From Deltaproteobacteria bacterium (GTDB taxonomy: Bacteria; Desulfobacterota; Desulfobacteria; Desulfobacterales; UBA11574): a stretch of DNA of 41,710 bases. How positions within the stretch are numbered: position 1 is the stretch's first letter; every line of letters begins with the position of its first letter. Made by a program: the position numbers and the translations under genes. Of the stretch, positions 24,525 through 33,855 are shown piece after piece. The notes beneath the pieces are model-generated. The model did not search any database. It had not been told where the DNA came from and was given only the letters and a program-made list of their open reading frames with translations. Location: NCBI GenBank assembly GCA_019310125.1, contig JAFDEW010000001.1, positions 1 through 41,710 on the forward strand. Reading direction: 5' to 3'.

Positions 24525-26490
24525 GCCGTTCTCCAGCACACAACACTTCGATTTCAGCAAGGATCTGGTCATCCGTGCAATGTTGTAATTGTATGGCCTT
24601 GGGTGGACAAGTCGCGTTGCACAAGCCGCACCCCTGACACACCGTATCCAGAACTTCCGCCTTTTGTGACCCGTCCCGTAACGTCTTCCACTGGATGGCA
24701 CCGAATGGACAAACCTCAATACATTTCCCGCAACCAATGCAAACAGGGTCTATGACTCTGGCGACCTGTGGATCTGTTTCAATGGTATCCCGGGAGAAAA
24801 GAACCTGGGTTTTTGCTGCTGCGGCACTACCCTGTGCAACTGAAGCCGGAATGTCTTTGGGACCCTGGCAGACCCCAGCAAGAAAAACACCCGCGGTGTT
24901 GGTTTCCACAGGGCGTAATTTGGGATGACTTTCCATATAAAACCCGTATTCGTCATAAGAAATGCGCAGTTTTTCAGCCAAAGCTTTTGCTCCGGCGGAT
25001 GCACCGACACCGGTTGCCAGAACCACCAGATCTGCTTCAACCTCCACCTGTATACCGAGCAGAGTATCTATTCCCTGAACAATAAGGTGTTCTCCTTGGG
25101 GATATATTTTACCGACTCGGCCTCGGATATACTGAACACCATAATCTTCCTGAGCCCGTCGCACAAACTCATCGTAATTCTTCCCTGGAGCACGGATATC
25201 CATATAAAATACATAGCAGTTGCACTCCGGGATATGATCTCGTGCCAAAATAGCCTGTTTGGCAATGTACATGCAGCATATTCCCGAACAATACGGACGT
25301 CCGATGGAAGGGTCGCGTGACCCCACACAAGCAATAAAAACAATATTTTTAGGCTCTTTTCTATCGGACGGACGAAGAATATGTCCGTCATGCGGACCCG
25401 AAGCACTCAAAAGTCGTTCAAATTGCAACCCTGTAATGACATCCGGATAATGTCCGCCCCCGTACTCGCCATAAACCGAATAGTCGACCAGATCAAACCC
25501 CGTGGCAACGATAATAGCGCCGACTTCTTCCACAACGGTTTCATCTTTCATCTCAAATCGAATCGCATCAACCGGACAGATCTTTTGACATATTTTGCAT
25601 TTCTCTTTTGTCAGATACCAGCAATATTTTGGATCAATTCTTGCTTTCCTGGGGATTGCCTGGGGAAAGGGGATATTGATTGCCGTTGTGGTATCCAGAC
25701 CCTCATTAAACCCATCAAAGGATTTTTTTGCCGGACACTTTTCGGTGCACAGCCCGCAACCGGTACAGGCATCCCAATCCACATATGTCGCTTTTTTCCG
25801 GATACCTACTTTGAAATTGCCAATATAACCCGACACAGACTCGATTTCACTATAGGCATAAAGATGGATATTTTCATTTTGAGCCACATCAACCATTTTC
25901 GGTCCCAGAATGCATGAAGAACAGTCGATTGTAGGGAACGTCTTGTCAAGTTGGGCCATCTTGCCGCCGATGGTGGATTCGCGTTCTACCATGACAACGT
26001 CCAATCCCCCTTCAGCGCAATCCAGGGCGGCCTGGATACCGGAAATGCCGCCGCCAATAACCAGCACCCGTTTGTTAATGGGAACCTGTGAGGAAAAGAG
26101 CGGATGATTAAAACGCAGTTTTTCCACCGACATTCGGACCAGGTCCATGGCTTTTCGCGTATTTGCCTCGATGTCCTTGCTGATCCAGGAGCAGTGCTCT
26201 CTGATATTGGCCTGTTCGAACATATACCGATTCAAGCCCGCTTTTTCCACGGCCCGACGAAACGTAACTTCATGCATACGGGGTGAACACGCCGCCACCA
26301 CCACGCCCTGGAGATCATGTTTTTGGATGGCTTCCTGGATTTCCTGCTGACCGGGTTCCGAACAGGTATACGTATAATCTGTGGCATAAACCACGTCCGG
26401 ATACTCCAGAGCTTTACGTGCAACCGCTTCCGTATCCACTGTAGCGGCAATATTTGTTCCACATTTACAGATAAAAACGCCGATCCGCAT
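24511..26490 (-). CDS. hdrA: Heterodisulfide reductase subunit A-like flavoprotein
   Basis: 659 aa. It has the FAD motif VLVIGGGISGIQAALD, several 4Fe-4S motifs (CTGCGLCTEKCP, CKICQKICP, CIGCGKCIEVCP, CQGCGLCNATCP), and an N-terminal Cys-containing domain (MRIGVFICKCG). Confidence 0.9.
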   Translation of the reverse strand: MRIGVFICKCGTNIAATVDTEAVARKALEYPDVVYATDYTYTCSEPGQQEIQEAIQKHDLQGVVVAACSPRMHEVTFRRAVEKAGLNRYMFEQANIREHCSWISKDIEANTRKAMDLVRMSVEKLRFNHPLFSSQVPINKRVLVIGGGISGIQAALDCAEGGLDVVMVERESTIGGKMAQLDKTFPTIDCSSCILGPKMVDVAQNENIHLYAYSEIESVSGYIGNFKVGIRKKATYVDWDACTGCGLCTEKCPAKKSFDGFNEGLDTTTAINIPFPQAIPRKARIDPKYCWYLTKEKCKICQKICPVDAIRFEMKDETVVEEVGAIIVATGFDLVDYSVYGEYGGGHYPDVITGLQFERLLSASGPHDGHILRPSDRKEPKNIVFIACVGSRDPSIGRPYCSGICCMYIAKQAILARDHIPECNCYVFYMDIRAPGKNYDEFVRRAQEDYGVQYIRGRVGKIYPQGEHLIVQGIDTLLGIQVEVEADLVVLATGVGASAGAKALAEKLRISYDEYGFYMESHPKLRPVETNTAGVFLAGVCQGPKDIPASVAQGSAAAAKTQVLFSRDTIETDPQVARVIDPVCIGCGKCIEVCPFGAIQWKTLRDGSQKAEVLDTVCQGCGLCNATCPPKAIQLQHCTDDQILAEIEVLCAGERHGQF

Positions 26491-26501
26491 ATGTTCCTAC
26501 C

Positions 26502-27410
26502 TCAAGCGCTTGTCGATTCCGTCTGGTCCTCGAGTTGTTCAGATGTTTCCTTGAAAAGATCATCAGCACTGACAAACAGTTTGTCAAGGCCGAGCTTTTT
26601 AGGATCAATTCCCAGTGCAAACCCAAGGAGCTGGGTAATATACACCACCGGCATTTGGAACGTGGTATGCCAGTATCGATTTACTTGAGACTGGCGCAAA
26701 TCCAAATTCTGCTGGCATAACGGACAGGCAACCGCTACGGCATGGGCACCCAACCGCCGGGCCATATCCAGAATCCTTCCAGTCATTTTACCCACTATAT
26801 GGTTTTGGGTGACCCCGTAGGCCGCTCCACAACATTCCGTTTTATAGGGAAATTCGGGAACAGATGCGCCCATTGCGTGAAGCAGTTCGTCCATTGAAAT
26901 CGGATTTTCCGGGTCGTCAAATTGGGCAAATTCCGGGGGACGCGAGAGCAGGCAACCATAATAGGGAACAACCACCTTATTGGTAAGCCGATACCGTATT
27001 TGCTCACGGATTGTTTTTGGGCCGATATCCTCGTATAGCAGTTGCAGCACGGAAATCACCCGAATCTTTCCTGAAAAAGGCATCTGCAATATGTTCAGAA
27101 AGGCGTGTTGTTTTTCTTCATACTCTCTGAGGGCGCCTTTGAGGGCCTTTAGACAGCTCGGACACGGCGTCATAACAACATCCAGGCCCATTTCTTCGGC
27201 CAATGACAGGTTCCGTCCGGCCAAAGCCGCTCCGAGCAAAGGATCATATGAATGTGCCGGTGTTGAACCGCAGCAGTTCCAATCAGGAATCTCTACAAGT
27301 TCAATGCCCAAAGCAGCGCACAGGGCACGGGTCGATTGATCGAACTCAACAGCGGTTCCCGATACGGAGCATCCCGGATAATAGGCGACGCGTTTTGCGG
27401 TCTGCTTCAT
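26502..27410 (-). CDS. hdrB: Heterodisulfide reductase subunit B-like protein (two CCG domains)
   Basis: 302 aa with the CCG motifs WNCCGSTPAH and TECCGAAYG. Confidence 0.85.
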   Translation of the reverse strand: MKQTAKRVAYYPGCSVSGTAVEFDQSTRALCAALGIELVEIPDWNCCGSTPAHSYDPLLGAALAGRNLSLAEEMGLDVVMTPCPSCLKALKGALREYEEKQHAFLNILQMPFSGKIRVISVLQLLYEDIGPKTIREQIRYRLTNKVVVPYYGCLLSRPPEFAQFDDPENPISMDELLHAMGASVPEFPYKTECCGAAYGVTQNHIVGKMTGRILDMARRLGAHAVAVACPLCQQNLDLRQSQVNRYWHTTFQMPVVYITQLLGFALGIDPKKLGLDKLFVSADDLFKETSEQLEDQTESTSA

Positions 27411-27422
27411 AATGCCCTTTGG

Positions 27423-28004
27423 CTAAACCAGGTTCTTTTTGTTGCGATAATCTTCAAAACGCTTAAAAATATCAGCAACTTGTTTACGACCGTGAATTCG
27501 GTGCGGTATTATGGGAAGCTTGCCTTTCTTAAGCACCTTTGGCGCAAGATCTATATCCGTAAAAAACTTTTTGGCTTTAAGGTTGTATGTGGCCAGCAAT
27601 CCGGTTTCGAACACACGCCCAAATATTTTTACGGAATTGATGAATTCGTCGTAAAAGAGTTGGATATCTTTTATGGAAACAGTGCCTTGCTCAACTGATA
27701 AAAATCGCAAGGTCTCCATAACCCGGGCAATATCGATATTGCAAGGACAGCGTGTTGTGCAGGCCTGGCAGTCGGCACACAACCAGATAGAACGAGACCC
27801 CAGCACAACCTCCTTTTGACCGAGCTGAATCAAGCGCATGATTTGATTGACAGGATAATCATAGACATACGTATAGGCGCAGCTTGCGCTGCAATTGCCG
27901 CACTGATAGCATTTGGAAATTTGCTGTCTGCTTTCTGTTTCGACTTGGGCGATAAAATTTTCATCACAGTCCTGTGGCATCCGAAGACCATTTAAACGTG
28001 TCAT
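27423..28004 (-). CDS. hdrC: Heterodisulfide reductase subunit C-like protein
   Basis: 193 aa with the motifs CYQCGNCSASC and CADCQACTTRCPC. Confidence 0.85.
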   Translation of the reverse strand: MTRLNGLRMPQDCDENFIAQVETESRQQISKCYQCGNCSASCAYTYVYDYPVNQIMRLIQLGQKEVVLGSRSIWLCADCQACTTRCPCNIDIARVMETLRFLSVEQGTVSIKDIQLFYDEFINSVKIFGRVFETGLLATYNLKAKKFFTDIDLAPKVLKKGKLPIIPHRIHGRKQVADIFKRFEDYRNKKNLV

Positions 28005-28046
28005 TGGGTATTATCCCTTTTGATGCATAACTTGAATTTTACACGA

Positions 28047-29174
28047 TCAGGTGCTGCTTCCGTTGTAACCGAAATCGACCAATAATTGTTGGAACTCATA
28101 TTTTACGCGCTGATACATGCGGGAGTTTTCTATGGCAAATGCGCATTGTTGAGCAACGGCATTGGCAAACCGAATTTCCTCTTCACCGAAAGACTGATCT
28201 CCTCCGGTAAAAATGGTTAACTCTCCGATGATTTTCTTTCGTACAAGGAGAGGAATGGTAAGGATTTTGCGAATGTTTTCTCTAATAATTTCTGCCCGAA
28301 ATTCAATCCTGGGATCCGTCTTTACGTCATGGATGACGACAATTTTTTCGAGTATTTCCTGATCCGTACCTCGCTTTTCCTTTATGGGTCCTATTTTTAA
28401 AAATTCTTCGCTCAAACCGTAAGATGCGGCCAGTTGCAATTGTTGTGTCCTGGTATCCAATAGACGTATCTGGGTACCGCGAGATCCCAGTACACTTGTG
28501 ATTTTGTTAACCGCAAGTTGCATAACTTTTTTTATGTTCAGTGTTGAGTTGATGGCGCTACTGATTTCTTGAAAACTGAGAAGGAATTGTCGTTCGCGCT
28601 CCAACAAATGATACATGCTGCGTCTCATAATAAAAGACACCACGGCACGACTGGTTATGGCTCTGGCAAATTTTACATCCTTTCGGGTAAGCTCCCCGAC
28701 TTTATCATCAAATAAAGCAACTACCGAAACATTTTCCTGATACACTTCGATGGGAAACAATAGAACGGAACCGATGCCTTCCGCAGTCATGGATTTATAG
28801 TCGAGGTTTTTTTCCATTTTTCGAATATTCCTAATGACAACGGTATCTTCCGGAATCTTTGAAAATATGCTCTCGGGCGAATCGCTTAATTCAGAATAAA
28901 TGAAATCTTCACTTAATCCGAAACTGGAAACCAATTCCAGTTTTTTATCCTGGGAAAACTTCACCCTGATACTGCTGCGATCGAAATCGAGTGCTTCTGT
29001 CTGCCGTTCCACATGTTCTCCCTCAGGAGATTTTATTTTAATGAAACAGCCCTTAATCTTAAGCGTTTCCGTTACGAGTCGTGTAACAAGATTCAATACC
29101 TTCCGCTCATCCGCCCCCTCGCATATGGCTCGGTTGGCTTCTGCAAATGGTGATAAGTAGTCTGGAGAGCTCAT
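28047..29174 (-). CDS. GAF-domain protein (two GAF-like halves, no recognisable output domain)
   Basis: 375 aa. AAGGAG lies 9 nt upstream of the start. There are two repeats of the GAF-like pattern (for example ...IPLLVRKKIIGELTIFTGG...FGEEEIRFANAVAQQCAFAIENSRMY). It ends 42 nt upstream of hdrC. Confidence 0.65.
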   Translation of the reverse strand: MSSPDYLSPFAEANRAICEGADERKVLNLVTRLVTETLKIKGCFIKIKSPEGEHVERQTEALDFDRSSIRVKFSQDKKLELVSSFGLSEDFIYSELSDSPESIFSKIPEDTVVIRNIRKMEKNLDYKSMTAEGIGSVLLFPIEVYQENVSVVALFDDKVGELTRKDVKFARAITSRAVVSFIMRRSMYHLLERERQFLLSFQEISSAINSTLNIKKVMQLAVNKITSVLGSRGTQIRLLDTRTQQLQLAASYGLSEEFLKIGPIKEKRGTDQEILEKIVVIHDVKTDPRIEFRAEIIRENIRKILTIPLLVRKKIIGELTIFTGGDQSFGEEEIRFANAVAQQCAFAIENSRMYQRVKYEFQQLLVDFGYNGSST

Positions 29175-29394
29175 GTGTTATAACTCCTTTCCAGCTAAAC
29201 ATTTTCATTCAGCGTCTCATCAGATACCGATGATAATTTTTCTTTAAACTGTAACCCAAAACCTCCCGATGAACAACAGTTTTTGAAATTATCTTTAAAA
29301 AATGCCTTGAATTACTCAAATACATTGCAAGTTTTAGTTTTTGGCTGATAGAAACTTATATTCGGAAATTCTCATTCAATTTTGGAGGCTGTCC

Positions 29395-30723
29395 ATGTCG
29401 AGCATAAAAGAGCTAACAAGACTTATGCAGGAACTTGACAATCAACTTAGGGTCTGCATGCGATGCGGCATGTGCCAGGCGGTGTGCCCCTTGTATGCGG
29501 AGACCGGTCTTGAATCAGATGTGGCCCGCGGAAAACTGGCATTATTAGAGGGGCTGGTGCACCAACTGTTTAAAGACCCTAAGGGGGTATACGAGCGTCT
29601 TAACAAGTGCCTTCTGTGCGGATCATGTGCCGCAAACTGCCCCAGCGGCGTGAGCGTTATGGAAATTTTCATAAAGGCGCGTGCGATTCTCACCGGGTTC
29701 ATGGGTCTTTCTCCGGCAAAAAAAATAATTTTAAGGGGAGTGCTGTCCCAACCCAAAATTTTTGACAAAATGGTAGAGTGGGGATCTAAATTTCAGAAAA
29801 TTTTCACGCGATCGGCAAGCGATCCTATGGGCACATCCTGCGCCCGGTTTGTTTCACCATTGCTAAGAAACCGGCATGTTAAGCGACTTGCCCCGGTACC
29901 GTTTCATCGCATGACTCCATCTTTAAATACGGACCCGGGCCGTTCCGGAATCAAAGTAGCCCTATATGTGGGATGCCTTATTGATAAAATCTTTCCCGAC
30001 ATTGCCCGGGATGTTATCGATGTTTTAACTCATCACGGTGTGGGAATTTTTATGCCTGAGGGGCAGGGTTGCTGCGGAATCCCGGCAATCTCTTCCGGAG
30101 ACACCAAGACGTTCAACCGTCTCGTGCGTCACAACCTTGAAATATTTGATTCGGAAAAATTTGATTTTTTGGTTACCTCCTGTGCCACCTGTACGTCGAC
30201 GATTAAGGAAATATGGCCGATGATGGCAGATAAAAATTCCGGATATATTAAGAGCAGAGTGGAAAAAATTGCTCAAAAAACCTTGGATATCAATCAGTTC
30301 CTGGTATCAAAAGTTGGACTGGAACATGTCAAAATTAATGATCATATGGATCCCGTGACCGTAACCTATCATGACCCTTGCCATCTGAAAAAATCGTTAG
30401 GAATATTTGCCGAACCCAGATCTCTCATCAAAGCCAATCCGGGATACCGGCTTAAAGAAATGCCTGAATCGGACCGGTGTTGCGGCCTTGGGGGAAGTTT
30501 TAATCTCCAATACTATGAACTTTCGGCGAATATCGGAAAATTAAAAATAGACAACATCAAGGCGTCCGGATGTCACGTTGTTGCAACCGGATGTCCGGCC
30601 TGTATGCTTCAGCTCTTTGATATGCTGTCAAAATCCGGTGATAATATACTTGTTAAACATCCCGTAGAAATCTACGCGGAGTTATTAAGAAATTACCCCG
30701 GAATAACTTGCAAGCCGGACTAA
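29395..30723 (+). CDS. HdrD/GlcF/GlpC-like iron-sulfur oxidoreductase (2x 4Fe-4S motifs + two CCG domains)
   Basis: The start ATG 29395 has GGAGG 6 nt upstream; the track start is a TTG at 29341. Motifs seen: CMRCGMCQAVCP, CLLCGSCAANCP, GCCGIPAISSGD, RCCGLGGSFN. Confidence 0.8.
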   Translation: MSSIKELTRLMQELDNQLRVCMRCGMCQAVCPLYAETGLESDVARGKLALLEGLVHQLFKDPKGVYERLNKCLLCGSCAANCPSGVSVMEIFIKARAILTGFMGLSPAKKIILRGVLSQPKIFDKMVEWGSKFQKIFTRSASDPMGTSCARFVSPLLRNRHVKRLAPVPFHRMTPSLNTDPGRSGIKVALYVGCLIDKIFPDIARDVIDVLTHHGVGIFMPEGQGCCGIPAISSGDTKTFNRLVRHNLEIFDSEKFDFLVTSCATCTSTIKEIWPMMADKNSGYIKSRVEKIAQKTLDINQFLVSKVGLEHVKINDHMDPVTVTYHDPCHLKKSLGIFAEPRSLIKANPGYRLKEMPESDRCCGLGGSFNLQYYELSANIGKLKIDNIKASGCHVVATGCPACMLQLFDMLSKSGDNILVKHPVEIYAELLRNYPGITCKPD

Positions 30724-30986
30724 CCTAACCATGGATTCGGATAACCATTTGGATTGAATGGATATATAGAGCTTCGCACTCATTTCAATGACAGTGAAGT
30801 GAGAAAGTGAAATAAGTCGGATCAATTTTATTGACATAAAGGCAATTGCTTGATAATGCTACAATTACCTGTAGAGGTCTTCAATGAAATTGGATTGCGA
30901 ACGTGTGTGCTGACACCAGCGCCAAAACAAGCAGTAACGACCCAATAAGCCGATCTCAATATACAGCATTTAGAGCATATGACCCA

Positions 30987-31490
30987 ATGAAAAGTGCCGT
31001 GAAAATCAGTATCATAGACAATATAGAAGGAAAGATAGAACCTCTGGGCGATTCAGAAGCGGAGAAAATCACCGCGTTGATCAGACAAAATACCCAGGAC
31101 GTTAATCAAGGGGAGTATACTCCGGCTCAGATAGAAAGATTAAATGCATTTGCAACGGCGGAGAAAATCCAGGAAGAAGTTAAGAAAGGCTACCTGGTCA
31201 CGCTTTCAAACGATGAAGGAGATCTGATCGGGTGTGGGATCATCGTAAAAAAGGGAATGAAGCTTATCATAAAAACAATGCAGGTCAAAACAGACTACTG
31301 CAGGAAGGGCTACGGCTCGATCTTATATAAGCATTGCGAAAATCGGTTCAAACAAGCAGGCTTGCATGAAATAGAAGTCGAAGTCCCCAAATTTCCACGC
31401 TCGGAAGCTTTCTACAGAAAACACGGATTCATAAAAACCTGGAATCCCACTCCCATGGATTTGTACTTCGCTATGTTCAAATATCTTTGA
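30987..31490 (+). CDS. GNAT-family N-acetyltransferase
   Basis: From ATG 30987 (MKSAVKISI). The acetyl-CoA region reads MQVKTDYCRKGYGSILYKHCENRFKQAGLHEIEVEV...FYRKHGF. The N-terminal extension in the track (GTG 30903) looks non-coding. Confidence 0.65.
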   Translation: MKSAVKISIIDNIEGKIEPLGDSEAEKITALIRQNTQDVNQGEYTPAQIERLNAFATAEKIQEEVKKGYLVTLSNDEGDLIGCGIIVKKGMKLIIKTMQVKTDYCRKGYGSILYKHCENRFKQAGLHEIEVEVPKFPRSEAFYRKHGFIKTWNPTPMDLYFAMFKYL

Positions 31491-31665
31491 ACTGAAGCGT
31501 CCGTTTGTCGAACTCCTCGCCCCGTATCTCAGTGGAAACGTCAAAATCAACTCTAACTGATTCAATTAAAAGCTATTTGTTTTCACGGATAATGACTAGG
31601 CTGATTAAAATTGCACATAATATGGCTTTAAAAATTATCCCATATTTATTCCTTCCCGTATGCCT

Positions 31666-31734
31666 GGTTTCAGGTGTCAGGTATCAGGTGTCAGCGCCTC
31701 TGTTTATCATTCCTGACACCTGACACCTGAAACC
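31666..31734. repeat. Hairpin F2: same caggtgt-heptad family as F1, with unequal heptad numbers in the two arms
   Basis: The left arm is ggtttcaggtgtcaggtatcaggtgtcag (31666-31694). The right arm is ctgacacctgacacctgaaacc (31713-31734). The left arm carries one extra heptad (gtatcag). Confidence 0.8.
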
Positions 31735-32197
31735 TTAAGATATGGAACAAAAATGAGATTAAAATTTCATCTGTATACACGGCAATTTTCACCACCCCAG
31801 ATAATGACTTGGCCCTGCATTATTCGTCAACATACATCAACTTACCTGTCAAATTTATGTCATTTTAAATTTGCTTACTTCCTATGAGTTTTTGAGCTGC
31901 AATACCATCATACCTTCTATCTATTCGATATTTAAGGAATATAGATAGATTTTCTCTTTTTCTGAAATCTTTGGAACGATTATTGCTCAATATAAAGACA
32001 GAGAATTCTAAACGGCTAACTCGGTGCAACTTTTTATCATTATATTTTATTTATAGGCATGTTTCTTTAATGACGGGATTTGCTGTGACATCATTGAAGC
32101 CATTTTATGGCTGTGGGTGATGCTAAGGATACGCTTCTGGTCGGTATTGCACAGCTTGACCTGATCCATCTTTGAAAAGAGGCAAAGGATACCCAAT

Positions 32198-32395
32198 ATG
32201 ATACCTATTAAGATTGAGGACGCCAATATAGAGATCTTGGCAAGAATAGCCAAAGCAGCGTCTCAAAAATTCAACTGTTCGATGGAAATCGACTTTAATA
32301 ATGGTAACCGAAAAGTAGAATTCGTTGGTGATGAATTTTACAAGCCTTTGATTGCGGATGAAGTTTTAGATATTTTCACAACCAATGAAAAATGA
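32198..32395 (+). CDS. Hypothetical small acidic protein (65 aa)
   Basis: AAAGGA lies 9 nt upstream of the ATG and the composition looks like ordinary coding sequence. I recognise no family. Confidence 0.4.
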   Translation: MIPIKIEDANIEILARIAKAASQKFNCSMEIDFNNGNRKVEFVGDEFYKPLIADEVLDIFTTNEK

Positions 32396-32504
32396 TTAAG
32401 ATAACGCGCTACCCATTTAAAACCTTACGAACAACTAGCCAAGTTCATCAGGAACTCACCAAAAAAACCTTTCAACGAGAATGTCTGTTACCATCAGGAA
32501 TTGC

Positions 32505-32532
32505 TTGACTTGAACATTTCCACTTGTAATAT
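32505..32532 (+). promoter_or_regulatory. Candidate sigma70-type promoter (TTGACT-N16-TAATAT)
   Basis: Read directly. It would give a leader of about 380 nt containing element G2 ahead of the IMPase/CysQ-family gene. Confidence 0.35.
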
Positions 32533-32618
32533 TTGAGATAAAATTTAATTTGCTTGAGCCCGCTGCTATTGCAAGTTCGCCCTCGGATCAAGCGCGGCGA
32601 GGCGACCGGGGGCATGAG

Positions 32619-32842
32619 GGCATAAGCGCTAAGTTATTTTCTGCGCCGGAAGGACCGTGGAAGGTTTACTGAAAAAAATGAACATCGAACGTCCAACATC
32701 GAACGTTGAATGAGAAAAAGGAAACCAAAAGATGGTTAAAACTTATTCAGAAGGTACCATTAATTCGATGTTGGAATAATTTGAGGAGCGGAGCGACATC
32801 ATTATTCGACGTTCAACGTTCAATGTTCGATGTTGGACGTTC
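32619..32842. repeat. Element G2: conserved ~60-nt module plus a hairpin with an 18-bp perfect stem made of gaacgtc/caacatc words
   Basis: 32687-32704 (gaacgtccaacatcgaac) is the exact reverse complement of 32825-32842. Further partial arm copies at 32766-32777 and 32812-32821 allow alternative pairings. The 5' module aligns with G1. Confidence 0.7.
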
Positions 32843-32919
32843 ATCTTTTAATATGGTTCTGGGATACGGCAAGAAATCACGGGGTTGATTTAGGAAGCAA
32901 TAATAAGGAAAAACTCAAC

Positions 32920-33708
32920 ATGGAATCGCTATTGAAAGACACCATCGAGATTACAAAGGCGGCCGGGGATGTCATCATGCAGTATTACAAGTCCTCTTAT
33001 GACGTTCAAAATAAATCACCGGACAACCCGGTCACGGATGCTGATTATGCTGCCGATAGGCTCTTGCATCACCGTTTAACCGTCCGGCTACCGGAAGCAG
33101 GTTGGTTAAGTGAAGAAACCGTTGATCAGCCTGACCGCTTAAAAAGAGAGAGAGTCTGGATCGTCGATCCTTTAGACGGCACCAAAGAATTTATTATGGG
33201 AATCCCGGAGTTTGCCGTTTCCGTTGCCTTGGTAGAGAATGGCCAGCCCGTTTTAGGGGTTATCTACAACCCGGCTTCCGACGAACTTTTCTATGGTATG
33301 CGCGGTAGCGGTGTATTCATAAACGGCAGACGGGCGCAAGTTACAAAACGCAACCAATTTGAGGGCGCCTGGATCGATGCCAGCCGTTCCGAGTGCAAAC
33401 GGGGTGAATTTGAACCGTTTGAAAATTTGTTGCAAATTCGCATAATAGGCAGCACCGCATACAAACTGGCGAGAGTCGCTGTTGGCTTGTGCGATGCATC
33501 GTGGAGTCGCGGGCCTAAGAATGAGTGGGATATTTGTGCCGGTGTGCTGCTCATCACGGAAGCCGGGGGCCGCTGCGTGGACCTAAATAATGCGCCTTTT
33601 ATTTTTAATCGTCCCAACACACTGGTAAGCGGATTTATCGGCGATAATGACCGGTTGCATAATCGGATCATCTCAACGATAACCCCATATGGCGCTGCAA
33701 GGACATGA
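32920..33708 (+). CDS. Inositol monophosphatase / CysQ (3'(2'),5'-bisphosphate nucleotidase) family protein
   Basis: The start ATG 32920 has AAGGAA 8 nt upstream. Motifs seen: WLSEE, WIVDPLDGTKEF, WDICAG. Confidence 0.8.
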   Translation: MESLLKDTIEITKAAGDVIMQYYKSSYDVQNKSPDNPVTDADYAADRLLHHRLTVRLPEAGWLSEETVDQPDRLKRERVWIVDPLDGTKEFIMGIPEFAVSVALVENGQPVLGVIYNPASDELFYGMRGSGVFINGRRAQVTKRNQFEGAWIDASRSECKRGEFEPFENLLQIRIIGSTAYKLARVAVGLCDASWSRGPKNEWDICAGVLLITEAGGRCVDLNNAPFIFNRPNTLVSGFIGDNDRLHNRIISTITPYGAART

Positions 33709-33711
33709 TAT

Positions 33712-33855
33712 TTATAACCTGAATCTTGCATGAAAATTAATGAGATTTTTTAAACGGCTTAATTGGAGCGAGTTTAGACAAAATCAGATAATTATCGTTT
33801 TTACCCAAATGTTAAATCGGATAATGATCTTTCTCGTGCAAGATTCAGGTTATAA
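33712..33855 (-). repeat. MITE-like element M2 (19-bp perfect terminal inverted repeats, no E hairpin)
   Basis: 33712-33730 (ttataacctgaatcttgca) is the exact reverse complement of 33837-33855. In reverse orientation the interior aligns with the right part of 35353-35561 (gggtaaaa.cg.ataatta ... tctcattaattttcatgcaagattcaggt). The mpl stop codon (33850-33852) lies inside the right arm. Confidence 0.6.

Noticed and set aside
30831-30857. Sigma70-type promoter TTGACA-N15-GATAAT upstream of the GNAT gene
   Set aside because: The hexamers are good but the spacer is only 15 nt, and the alternative -10 choices with 16-17 nt spacing are poor. Not confident enough to list it.
31505-31723. Small ORFs overlapping repeat elements (31505..31723 over F2, 32706..32888 over G2, 20511..20693 over motif D, 23839..24057 over K)
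   Set aside because: Each is explained by a hairpin or motif whose other copies are not open in a matching frame. None has an SD, and several use non-ATG starts.
32047-32253. 68-aa minus-strand ORF with a hydrophobic N-terminus
   Set aside because: It has a TTG start and no SD, and it overlaps the better-supported plus-strand ORF 32198..32395 in antisense. It was kept out of the feature list, although a small membrane peptide cannot be excluded.
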